NCBI GenBank assembly: GCA_013115145.1
Contig: JAAPAO010000332.1
Location: 1 to 38,520, forward strand
DNA from: Perkinsus chesapeaki ATCC PRA-425
Taxonomy: Eukaryota; Protista; Perkinsozoa
Length of the DNA stretch: 38,520 nucleotides
Reading direction: 5' to 3'
Positions 11,086 to 21,978 of this stretch are shown one piece after another. The stretch's first letter is position 1. Every line of letters begins with the position of its first letter. Under the pieces are notes generated by a model. It searched no databases. It saw only the letters and a list, made by a program, of their open reading frames with translations, and was not told the origin of the DNA. The translations under genes were made by a program, and so were the position numbers.

Positions 11086-11308
11086 GAGTCAAAGAAGTCA
11101 AAGAAGACAATCGTTCGTGACAAGCCAGCGTTGCAACGAAACACATACCTTGAGATTAAGTAGGAACTAGTAACCCTCCTACAGAGGATCTTTGCATGCC
11201 ATCACATATTTGCCGACTAAAAGCACGCATAGGAAATCTTTCGGGTCTGTATGGCCTCCTTTGAAGTATACTTGATTGGCATATTAGGCGGAATAGCTAT
11301 TCACTGGG

Positions 11309-12486
11309 TCAGGTTAATGGCCTAATTGCTGTAAGCGAGCTCTTCTGAGGCTCATCGACTTCATATCATACCTGCGACTCCGATAACGCTTGTAACACCG
11401 GCTGAGGTTTCACTGTACTTTGTTAGTCCAAGGCTATCTCGCTTGTTCGCACTTGTCCGGTCTTTGTCGGTACGATAGTCTATCAAAATCACCAAAGCTA
11501 GCTGAGCGAGATTTCCATACTCAGATTGACGCCCACCTCTAATTTTTCCTTCGCGGATCAGATCTTCGATCAAATTCCCCACAGTCCGGTTCAACTGAGC
11601 GTCGCCAATAGCCAGGCGGCACAAGGGACATGTGCCATGCTTTTCAAGCCATACGCTCAAACAGGAAGAACAGAAGGTGTGCATGCAGGGCGTAACGCTA
11701 ACTGGCTTGTACATAACTTCCTGAAACCGCTACCCGTAGATGGCGGAGTTTGGCTTTCTTACATGGCATATGGCGCACTCGAGCTCTCGATAGCAGTCGT
11801 TATCCGATCTTCCCGAGAACTCAAGCCTGGCTCTCTTATGCAGGGGAGGTGTGTCGGCTTCCTCAGAAACTCCTTGATTTTGATCACAACGCAGGAGACT
11901 CGTCGAAGGACTGCTCAACCCTTGGTTGTTGTCCACAGTATTATCACTGGATGCGCTGCCGAAGATGGCTTGAAAACCCAATAGATACTTTGGACCAACT
12001 GTCGACAGTGAGGTATCGGGTATTAGCGCTACTGGGTCTAACCTGGTCTCCCTAGTATAATAAGATAACCAGGCATGAGACGGACTGCCTCATCCTTATG
12101 TACAGGGCGGCTAGTTTCGATAGTATCACCAATGTAGGGCCTATCTTTACACTCCCTAGCTCTGTTTATGAATACCCAGGAGTCGCCTACAGAAGGAGTC
12201 GGCAGAACAGAGCCCCCTATCACAGGGAACATGGCGCAGTTACCGGGTTCATCAGCTGAGGACTCCTTTCTTAGTTCGAAGTGAATGCGAAGCTTTGTTC
12301 TCAGACGGACCTACAAGGCTTCCATGGAATCATGACTCCAACAAGGCTCAACCCTGACAACTAAAGCACCTTCTGTTGGTCTCGGATTAGCTGCCACCCT
12401 AATGTAGGTGAAGTCCCTTATTTGGATATCAGGAAAGTGTCCAAGCAGGAGGATTTGAGCATAACCAGTTTGGGTATAGCTGACAT
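11309..12486 (-). CDS. CHFR paralog 2: degenerate FHA plus RING, lacking the Cys-rich/PBZ tail; apparent 1-nt frameshift in exon 1 (possible pseudogene or assembly error)
   Basis: RING CAICH|...VTPCMHTFCSSCLSVWLEKHGTCPLCR. The FHA exons align with CHFR at equivalent intron positions (LKSSCLDTF/PDIQIRDFTYIRV vs LKSLCPHILPDVELRSETCIRV). Confidence 0.75.
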
Positions 12487-12834
12487 CTCAGAACAAAGGG
12501 TTAAGTGATGAAGAAACTGAGATACTCCTCATGCTGGATTTGCGTTCGACATTGAAATCTGCTCGACCAAGCATATTTCGGTGGGCTCCAGTGGCGCCAT
12601 TAACACACTAAGTTATGCTTCAACCGTGCGCTTGCGTCTGCAAGAGCGGGGATATATTTGTGACTGTCACAAATGATGTCGCAATGTGACATCTGTGATC
12701 AAAATGTTTATTTGCAGTGAGTATCCGGTGGATACTTCCTACTAATAAAGTCAGTGGTTACTATCCACTAGCGTGTACTGTTGCACTGCATCACAGGAAC
12801 TGACGAACTTTCCAAGGAACCTTTTCGGAATCCC

Positions 12835-13965
12835 ATGACCATCTTCCCGCTATCTGCGGCTTTACTATGTTACATGCCATATATCATCCTGCCTATACAT
12901 TTGTGCTCAGCTTCTCTCCCGCCGGGGGCTGTCGACTTTCCCATAGAGCTAATTGAAGACAGTGCTTGGGTTGAGTTGGTGCTCGATGGCCAGACCGTCA
13001 GAGTCCTCCCCGATACCGGTGGTAAGAAGACGTACGTTCTCTATGAAAGTGCATTCGGATCACAGAGATGTCATACTTTCACAGCTGGTTGTTATTCTTG
13101 TCCTGGTGATTCTTGTGTAGAGAGCAGTAAAGAAAACGAGACTGCTCGTTTTGCAGACGGAGCCACTGTTACGTACTTCCGCCATAACGCGAATCTTGGT
13201 GTTAAGCTCCCCAACGGAACGGAGGTCCATGTTCTGAACTATCGTCTTGGTGTTGTCAAGCAGTATTCCCCGGAAGACATTCCTCCTTATCCGACCTTGT
13301 CACTGAAGAAGGAACCGGAATTCTCGCGTGCTCCCTACTCCTTCATTCACCAGGTAGTTAGAGGCTTGGATGGGGCTGTGAGGAGATTGACATTCTCGAT
13401 AACCTATCCGAGGAGATCTACTGAGGTTGGGCATCTGACTGCAGGTGGAGATCCTGATCCGACTTGGCATGCACCGTTTGTCACGCTTCATCAGAGGGAT
13501 GATCAAGGCTGGATCCTGAATATTGACGAAGCTGGCTATCGTTCAGGGACGGAGTCTGAAGCCCTTCACATCAAGAAGGCTCGGGTTCTCTTTGATTCAG
13601 GCTCTAACGTTATTGTTGGGCCCGTCAAGGAAGTCAACAAGCTGGTGGAGCATATAGGCAAGTTTGTTCATTTTAAAGAACATATGATATTGGATTGCTC
13701 GGACATCAGCAAGCTGCCAGAGATCTGGTTCGACATAATGGCCGATGATGAGGAAGGCCTGACTACAAGGTTATTCATTGACTGGAAGGACTATGCTTAT
13801 CCTTTAGATCATCGCCCAGGCAACTGTACAATTGATATCGCTGGGATTGATGTTCGCCCAGCGGCCCCTTATCGTTGGATACTTGGTGGCCCGTTATTCA
13901 AAGCTTATTTTGTACAATTCACCTATGATATCGGCTCTATTGGTTTCGCTAAGAAGACAATCTAG
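12835..13965 (+). CDS. Pepsin-family (A1) aspartic protease, intronless, with a hydrophobic N-terminus (signal peptide-like)
   Basis: Two catalytic motifs, VLPDTGG and VLFDSGS; WILGGPLFKAYFVQF...IGFAK C-terminus typical of A1 proteases. First ATG at 12835 (the ORF track opens at TTG 12781). Confidence 0.9.
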   Translation: MTIFPLSAALLCYMPYIILPIHLCSASLPPGAVDFPIELIEDSAWVELVLDGQTVRVLPDTGGKKTYVLYESAFGSQRCHTFTAGCYSCPGDSCVESSKENETARFADGATVTYFRHNANLGVKLPNGTEVHVLNYRLGVVKQYSPEDIPPYPTLSLKKEPEFSRAPYSFIHQVVRGLDGAVRRLTFSITYPRRSTEVGHLTAGGDPDPTWHAPFVTLHQRDDQGWILNIDEAGYRSGTESEALHIKKARVLFDSGSNVIVGPVKEVNKLVEHIGKFVHFKEHMILDCSDISKLPEIWFDIMADDEEGLTTRLFIDWKDYAYPLDHRPGNCTIDIAGIDVRPAAPYRWILGGPLFKAYFVQFTYDIGSIGFAKKTI

Positions 13966-14284
13966 CAACTCTCCCCATTTTTGCTCAATAATTCTCGGTC
14001 AATCTCTTGAAATGAGTTCGTTCAGCCTCACTACGGGAAAATGTTGAGTTACGAGTATCACAACCTCCATCGGGAGGACATCCACCTCGCCCATCACTTT
14101 TTGCGATCAGTAGTGATTGGCGAGTCATCGACCGCAGGTCAAGCAATCATAGACGGGCTGCTCCAGTTACCAGATTCCCCTCTTTCTTGCCCCAACAGCA
14201 CTATCATGTGTTATATCGCTAGAGAGTGTCCAAGGAACCATTAACTTGGAGCAGAATATGAGCACACAAACTCTTCTTACGGAG

Positions 14285-14384
14285 TGTTCCTAGTAAGATG
14301 ATGGAAGTGACGGTCTCTTGAACGTCAGGAAATATGTTCCTAGTAAGATGATGGAAGTGACGCCCTCTTGAACGTCAGGAAATG
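14285..14384. repeat. Tandem duplication, 2 x 50 bp
   Basis: TGTTCCTAGTAAGATGATGGAAGTGACGGTCTCTTGAACGTCAGGAAATA followed immediately by a copy with 3 mismatches. Confidence 0.95.
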
Positions 14385-14888
14385 TGTCCACGCAGGATGG
14401 ATTGCCTTCACCAACTTACGGGTAGTTAACATTTCACAGCGGATAATAGATAGACGAACAAACTTAGCAACGACGACCTGAATAAATATGATATATTCTA
14501 CTATATATGCCGTTGGATGTTGCCTCCACACCCCAGCTCAACTTAATACATTATTGAGAAACCATTCAATATAAATTAAACTTTGCCGGGCTGCTGCCAT
14601 CACTGTAATTTTGCATGTAACTCCTTGTAGGCGAGTCCGGCATCAGTTGGTCAAGCAAACAGCGGAGATGGAGGTCAGGACTACAAACAGCGATAACATG
14701 CAGTTGTATTGGAACGCCCGAACATTGTTCTGCGGACTAACCTACCCGGTAGGCGGCTCTCAGTAAATAGCATGTAGTAGTTAATGCAAGCCTCGAGATT
14801 ACACCCTGAACAAGCGACGAAGTTGACGTAGACTGGGTGGGGAGTATCGACTCACTTCTCGGGGACCAAGGGTCGACATGGCCTCCTC

Positions 14889-16510
14889 TCATTGGCCACG
14901 AATTCTATTGATATCGTAACTACGCAGATGCTGATAAGCAACACTGAACACCAGGTACTGCTCACCGATGTGTTTTTAAAGTGTCAGCAGCATCAGCATC
15001 CTTCTTCTCTTCCTCCGATCTCGGATCTGAAGAGAGGCAAACTTATAACAACGACTTACTTCGCGGAAATGAAAAAGTGCAAAACTTTTTAAGAAATGAA
15101 ATCGTACACAACGAAGATGACACTCAGGTAGAGATGATACCTGTTATTTTCTTTTTCGCGTAGAGGGTGTTGATGAGGCTACCAAGGCTTAGATTCGGCC
15201 GAACGCTGATGACAGGTGCCCGACACTGAGGGCAGTCTGCGTGGTTCTTAAGCCAGCGACTCATGCAAGAAGAACAATATGGATGAAGGCAGTCCCAGAG
15301 GCTTATGGGGTTATACATGTATAACTGAAAATAATAGTACCACTGGAAAGCTACAACCTGTTGTCATATTGCAGACCCACCTGGCATATAGCACATTGTA
15401 GATCTTCGTACGTGGTTTCCTCATCATCATCTTCGTCGTCGACACCTTCGAAAGATTGATGTTTGGCAGCAGGGGGGCTGTCGTCATCATCATCATCCAA
15501 ATCGACCAAGTCAACAACATCTCCTTTAGCCAGCAGTCTTCTCCTCTTTGCTTCAACTTCACCATTCTCGAATGCAGCCATTATTGCCTGTAACCATTCC
15601 GGGTCCACACCAGCAGGAGCTGTAGCTCCTCCAAGGCCAGTCGACCTAGATGGAGGAGCTGTGCTCGGCTCGGACCCTCCAGGACTGTTAGCAGGAACGG
15701 CTGTGATCGTAGAGGATGGAGCAGCTGAAGGCCCTGTCGCTGTCAGCCCAGCTGTTGGATTGCTGCTTCCAGATGGCACACTTGCATCCGGATGAGCCTG
15801 GTCGGTGTGGAGTATCTGAGGATGCTCATACGGTTGAGACGCCTACTCTACTCTGCCGGAAAGAACTCCCAGACAGTACAAGGACAAAAGATAGGAACGA
15901 CGTGAACGCGTCATCGTCCTTGAGGCTACCCGGCATCCTTCAGAACGTGTTGTCGGTGCATCTTCAAATACAAACCGGAAACCGCAATCCGCATATTCAG
16001 CAGCACCTAACAGTGCCCATATATTGCTAGACATCATACAGCCTACCATGGAGGCCTCTGAAGAAAATGGTTGCGTTCGGCTCGAGCCACGTTGTATGAG
16101 ACCGGCCAAGAGTGATGGTACGTCCATCCGCGAAGACAAGGGAAGGAAAATCAGAACACTTCGCCGTCTCACTTCGGATAGCCCAACTCTCATCTGAATG
16201 CCAGCAACTGGCCCCAACCGCCCAGTGGAAGCCTCCACCTACAGTCCACTTTTTTGCCCTCCTCATCTTCGTCATTACCCGGTACCTTTTGTATCACAAA
16301 GTTGACAAGAAGATCGATAGGTAGGTTAATCTAAGCGAGCTTCCCCCCTCCGCATCATGGCAATTGCCCTACACATAGGATCTTTCTGTTCCACGGAGGA
16401 TTCTTAGACACCATAACTTTAGTAAGGCCCGTCATCGGTATACTCGGTATTAAATCCGGCTTCGTGGACTTCAACCATATCAACTTCCGTTTACCGTTCT
16501 CCTCTGCCAT
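14889..16510 (-). CDS. CHFR paralog 3: degenerate FHA, acidic/Ser-Ala linker and RING, lacking the Cys-rich/PBZ tail; multi-exon
   Basis: Exon 1 MAEENGKRKLIWLKSTKPDLIPSIPM...NPP aligns with CHFR exon 1. RING CAICQ|...WDCLHPYCSSCMSRWLKNHADCPQCR. Post-RING exon DPRSEEEKKDADAAD matches CHFR DRRSEQDKKAADDAD. Inferred stop at 14889-14891. Confidence 0.8.
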
Positions 16511-16835
16511 CAACAACTGTATTCTAACAAAGAGACGGAGCCTACTTTTATGTGGATGGGCGGCATCAGAACCGGCTGTTGCAGAGGAAGATGGGTGTGG
16601 GTTTGCCAGGGGAATCTGAGGCCGTCTGGCCACCAGGCCCTCTCCTGGAAGCGCAGCAGCAAACATGAGACTCGCACTGAACGAAGCCACGGTGACCCCA
16701 GGACGGAGACGTGACACTGAACACAGCGATGCGAAGTGTGAGCTGAAACCGCTAGACAAGTGTGAAACAGGAGGGCAGTGGTAGTTGAGCTTGTAAGCAA
16801 TGATGATGATATTTAGCAAGTGTACGATGTTGTTA

Positions 16836-19800
16836 TTATCCGTCCATGGCCAGAAGCGCCTCCTTCTCTCTTTGCTTTGCTAACTGTTTCTTCTCCTTCT
16901 TAGACTTCTGCTGTAGTCTTTGAACTCCACTCGCTGCTAACTTAACATTACTAACACCAATAGCATCGGACGCCTCCTCAATAGGCACCAATCGAAGCAA
17001 ATCCAAAGCATGTCGTGTGATGGTGGCAGCGTTTGCCGAAGCCTCCCCATCCTCTTCATTGGAGGCCTTAGACGCGGCTGCTCTGGCTGACCGTAGCTCG
17101 CCTTCTAATTGACCCTGCAGGAGCTTTATTCCCAGCTGAGCTGCCTTGCCACGTTTCATCTGCCCTGGTGTAAACTTAACCTTTATTGGTATCTACCATC
17201 ACACATGATCTCCAACATTATAATAATCTTTCCTACATGAGTCATTGCTTGGTAGGGCGCACATACCATAATAGCACCGAGCACTTCATCTTCCTTCCAA
17301 TCAGGCCAAGCCTGTAGCCTATCCAGGGTGTGAGCAATGCCTCCTCCACTAGTAACCTTCTCCTCTTCATCTTCATCGTCACTATCCACTTCACCTTCCT
17401 CTTGCTGCTGCTCCTCCTCGCCCTTTCCAGCATTTGGACAGGCACTTGCGAGATGCCCCTCCTCACCACATTTGAAACAGATGTTCTTGCCCGTGGTGAT
17501 CTCGTTACTCTTGTCAACACTTTCATCCTCCTGAAACATGCACCGGTTTGTTAAATAGTAAATGGATTCCTTTTTCGGGGAGGCGCTTGACCGACAGCAA
17601 TGGAGAAAGTATGCTCGTTATAATGTACTATAATTCTCAATATATCATTCACTGTCACGAGAGGTGCCAAATCATTTCTTCGACTTGTTAGTTTCGCGTA
17701 TTGCGAGCCTTCCAATCCTCTCCCAGACGAGCAGTCAAGATTTTCGAACCAACTAACCTTGGTCTCCAAGCCTTCCTCTTCCTTCTTTTCATCTTCTTTC
17801 TTTTCCAGCAGCTTAACCTCCTTGCTCCCCATCAACTTCATTCTGATCTCCCTCTCCTCTTCATCTTGATCCCCATACTTCTCCTTTATCTTTGCCAACT
17901 TCTTCCGCTGGTGTCTAGTCAACGGCTTCGTCTTCTCTCCTTTCTCCTGTGGTGTCGCTCTCGCCTCGTCACCAGCCTCCTCCTCCTCAGATCCTGACAA
18001 CCAGTCACTGTCGGTTGCACCAATCTGCCTGCCTACCCTCCTTTCCCGTCGCACCCTTCTTCGCCTGCTTTCGTTGCTGCCGGCTCATCGCCCCCTTATT
18101 GCCCGCCTGACCTCCTTCTCTCTTGCCATTCTTCTTGTCAGAGTTTTGCTCATCATTTCCCTTCGGATTGAAATCGAAGTTTTCAACCACACCAGGGCCC
18201 TCGTCGTCTTCTTCATTTCTACTCTCAACAGGCTTCTCTTTCTCCCTCTCTTCCTCCATCTGTTTCTCCCTTTGAAGCCTCTGTGCACGATACCTGTAAC
18301 CATCCATCAGCAGCAGCAGGGTTCCCATGTAGAGCTTACTTCTCAGCACTGTCGTCCGTGACCGTCCACATAACCCCTAAGCCCATCTCCAATCGCCCAC
18401 TCGGCGGTAAAAAGTTCTTCTTGCCTCGAATCATAAAGCTACCGGTCGAAAGGAACTCTCCTGTGGGCGCTGTTTTAGAGACCTGTTTGGCCCACACCCA
18501 CCAGGCTGATGTTACTATCTTGTTGTCCCAAGCACGTGACCTACAACAACTTCTGATAGAAAAACCGCAAACTGAGCCAGCCTACCTGCACAATGAGTAC
18601 TGACCTGCCTCAGCAAGAGTTCTCTGCGGAGGTTCGATTCCCCCCTTCGGCATTTTAATAATGACTGTTGCTGCACCAGCTAGATCCGCGTGCACGTATA
18701 TATCAGTCGGTGCCAGATATCTTCGCCACAGCAGTTCATTCTGTTGAGCGTCCCTACCTAAATCAGGCTTAGCCTCAATAACACAGCCATTTCCTTACCA
18801 GCCAGAACTAAGAGACGATCGCTTGATATAAACCAGAAGAACTTCTGGAACCAAAACTTCTTCCGTCTTTTGGCCAACAGCTGCTTCTCTGCACCACCCA
18901 ATGTAGCAGCGCCCTCATTCCCCGCCGTCTTTCCTATATAAGTAACCTCAGCATTAAGAAGGCAACCGCGACTGTGCACCTTTGAGCCTCTTCTCCGCGA
19001 TCTTAACCGCCTTGGCCATCTGATCCTCTGTCTTGCTCATCTTCTCCTTCATAGCCTTTCTTTCTTCATGTAACAGTGCCACATTACTCTGAAATACCCA
19101 CGCAATATCATTTACTCACCGATCTGCCGAGCCCACCTGAGCCGACTGGGACAGATCCAGCCAAACTTCCACTGTAGTATCTTCATCTTCGTTCTCCACG
19201 GCACCTACTTTACCTACTTCTCCTACCACCCCCACATCCCCCCATACCTGGTTTCTCCAGAACTATAGATATTCTATTATTATTGAGAGCTAACTGACGT
19301 ATGTGCGTTGCCAACGGATGCCCGGCTCTCTGTTGCTGTTTGATAGCAATCGCCAGATCATCCCAGCGCAGCTGATAGAATTACGGTCATCGGTAATCCC
19401 CACCTCCCTACCTTGGCTGCTAACAGCGCATTAACCATCTGTATGGCAGCATCAGCGATTCCCGTATTAGCTTCGAGCGCCACTGCCTTTGAGGGGAAAG
19501 TCTATATAGCAAACGTTGCGAGGCGGTGCTACCTGATCCCATAGGGACTGTTGCTCCTTCTCGAGCTCCCCCATTCTCCTGCTTTGATCAGCCTTAATAT
19601 TCTCAACCTATCAGCACCGGTACTATCCTTATCTCCGCCACAGCCACACCAACCCCCCACCTTAGACTTCATCTGAGTTTCCTTCTGCACCAGCTGGCTC
19701 TCAAGCTGTGCCCTCATCAGGCGAGTGTAGTAATCATCAACACACTCCGAAAAGGACTGGTACTCGGTAATCATTCCGTCATCCAAACCTGAGCCATATT

Positions 19801-21835
19801 CACCACCAACCATATCAGCAATGCTCTTTGATGGTCTACTCAAGATTGTTGTTGGCGCAGGTAGGTGCAGGTAAGATATATAACTATCAAGTCAATTTTA
19901 TTTCATTATCATATCTAGGGTCTAGATATATCTAGGCGTACATAGTCAACTGAAATCGAGCCAGTTTATTGATCTTAGCATCTTTATGTCAAATATGATA
20001 ATCTGTATTATAACAGGTGAGAACTAGGTATATACCTAGTTCTCCGAAGTACTAGGTATGTTCCCCGAAGTATACGGAATAGAATGGTATGCGTAATAAT
20101 TTACGGCACTGATAATGGGCACTTCATTCTTTTCAGACAGCACCCCTACCCTACCGCCGCCCTTCAGCAGCCGTTTCAGTGGTGCATAGTCAACAATCTT
20201 CCCCTCCTTTCCTTCTTCCTTCAAACCATAGCCTGCTACAGTTTTAATAGTTGACACTTCAGAGAGGGCCGCATAACACCACTCGATAGCGCTTCGGAGA
20301 ATCTTGCTAGGTTCAACCTACGATACGATGCCCGACACAAAATGATTGGCCGCTCTACCTCCCCGTCCTCCATAGAGCTCTTCACCGCAAGTGTCGCCAT
20401 CTGGGGTGATGCAAATGGTACGAACCTAAGACAGAGCCCACCATTGGTAATGGAGGTAATGAACCACTACTACGCAGCATGCATCACTAAAGCTCGCTGG
20501 AAGAGCGCCTGGACATGCCAACGAAATGCCCTTTATTCCCCTTAGTGTGTTTTCGACCAACACGAATATACGCGGCCAATGTAAGCATACCACTGCGACT
20601 TTAACACCACATGCCAATGGTTTTCACATAACACCCAAGCTTTGTTACCATAGAACTATGACACTTAAAGTATAATTTAAAGTCCCTTCATTCCACCACA
20701 CACAAGAAACACTCCCATATCCCCTTTTACTACTTCAACAAGGCAGAGCTCATGCCCTTAACGTTTGATTTACCATCCAGCTCTTTGACTATATCATCAT
20801 CAGTAATATCAGATACTCCACCTCTCCCGTTTACATCAGCCTCATCAGCCTTCTTAGCAGCCAATGCCATGGGATAAGGCACTAAGAATAACATTACAAT
20901 GACCAGTAGCCTACCGCAGCCACCTACACCCAACCTCGACCTTCTCTTCCTCATTATAGGCATATCGTCTCAATAACATAGTCACCTTATAGCTGTTGTC
21001 CATTACCACTATATTACCCTTAGCATACCTAACATCACCTACACCCCAACCCTTAAAAGCTCCACTACATTTCCAGTGCAATAATAACAACCTTTTCTCC
21101 GGCGCCAAACTCCATTATTATAACTCTATCAGATCCGACCTATCCACCAAAACACAGTTGCTGTCTCCCTTCCTGCCCTACCCCCTCCAAACACCTGTCG
21201 TATATCCCCGAGCCTTTTGCCTCTAAGCAACTTCCGAAGCTTCATCGTCCACGCACTCGGCAGGCCTGCACTTCCTCTTTCGTACTCAGTAAGATTGAAT
21301 CGAACGCCGGCTTCCAGAATCAGGAACCTACCAACAGTAAAACTCATACCGACTTCTCCGATTTTTACCATTTATTTTCTGTGGTCTCGTCTGTGTCCGT
21401 AGAGGCTGTGGCAGAGGTAAACTTGAGGATATACAACTGAATGAGAAGTACCGTGCATTCGAGGGATCCATGGCGTCGTGTCACACCTAGACCTATCTAT
21501 CATACATGCCAGACATACTGTAAGCAGCAGCCCTCACCAGCCCTTTCACGAAGACAAAACAATGCTGAATTAAAAAGAAGCTTGTATATGGAAAAATAAA
21601 AACAAAAGCTCTTTTGGACGAAGTTTGAACTTTCCTGATTCTACATGCCAATGCGGCTTCATCGCCACTCTGAGCCCCCTCCCCCAGGCTCCAGCACTTG
21701 AGCTTAGTTCCAACAGCTACGTTGACCTACCTTATTATTAATATCATATACATTAGCCACTTTAGCCCCCAAAAGCCGAGGCCTTATAGACCGTACCATA
21801 GCCCTCACGTCCACTGAGGTGAACCGCTGCTTCAT
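16836..21835 (-). CDS. NEMF: NEMF/Rqc2 (Tae2) ribosome quality-control subunit; many exons; contains an internal CCHC zinc knuckle
   Basis: N-terminus [13 protein letters not shown]...[13 protein letters not shown]; [13 protein letters not shown]; [10 protein letters not shown]; [23 protein letters not shown]; [12 protein letters not shown]; C-terminal AIMVCAPY and [14 protein letters not shown]. Confidence 0.93.
18631..18656 (+). other. tRNA-3'-end-like motif (B box + acceptor 3' strand + A + TTTT), antisense within NEMF coding sequence
   Basis: GGTTCGATTCCCCCCTTCGGCATTTT; spacing equals tRNA positions 52-73 plus terminator. Confidence 0.6.
20019..20044. repeat. Perfect 26-bp palindrome inside a long (about 366 bp) NEMF intron
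   Basis: GAGAACTAGGTATATACCTAGTTCTC is its own reverse complement; a 14-bp palindrome CTAGATATATCTAG lies at 19922-19935. Confidence 0.95.
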
Positions 21836-21978
21836 AATGAGCCACTATATAAAATACAGCAATCTACATCGAAGCCCCACATTAGCCCAGCCAACCCGAA
21901 GGCAAGGCAAGCTCAGAAACGCACGTAAGGTTATTACACCGAAAGCTGTGGAATGGTACAAGAGAACGAGGAGGCTTC

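Noticed and set aside
13999-14094. Short minus-strand ORF MGEVDVLPMEVVILVTQHF resembling an F-box start
   Set aside because: Only 31 codons, the resemblance is limited to LPxEV, and there is no supporting exon; it may be a relic but is not supportable.
14285-14384. CRISPR-like repeat
   Set aside because: Two directly adjacent copies with no spacers, no cas genes and a eukaryotic context.
16064-16089. Near-miss tRNA-end motif GGCTCGAGCCGAACGCAACCATTTT (minus strand) in a CHFR paralog 3 exon
   Set aside because: T54 is mismatched, the spacing is one base short and G70 is absent; compatible with chance.
16027-16275. ATG 16275 as the start of CHFR paralog 3
   Set aside because: It falls in an inferred intron; two upstream exons homologous to CHFR exons 1-2 exist.
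16355-16819. 154-aa ORF as an independent gene
   Set aside because: Its 3' third is exon 1 of CHFR paralog 3 (ATG 16510); the remainder has no coding signature.
20426-21730. Intronic snoRNAs in the ~300-bp NEMF introns (also the DDX46 intron near 32180-32510)
   Set aside because: No canonical C/D box pair with terminal stem or clear H/ACA layout was found by eye; a snoscan/Infernal run would be needed.
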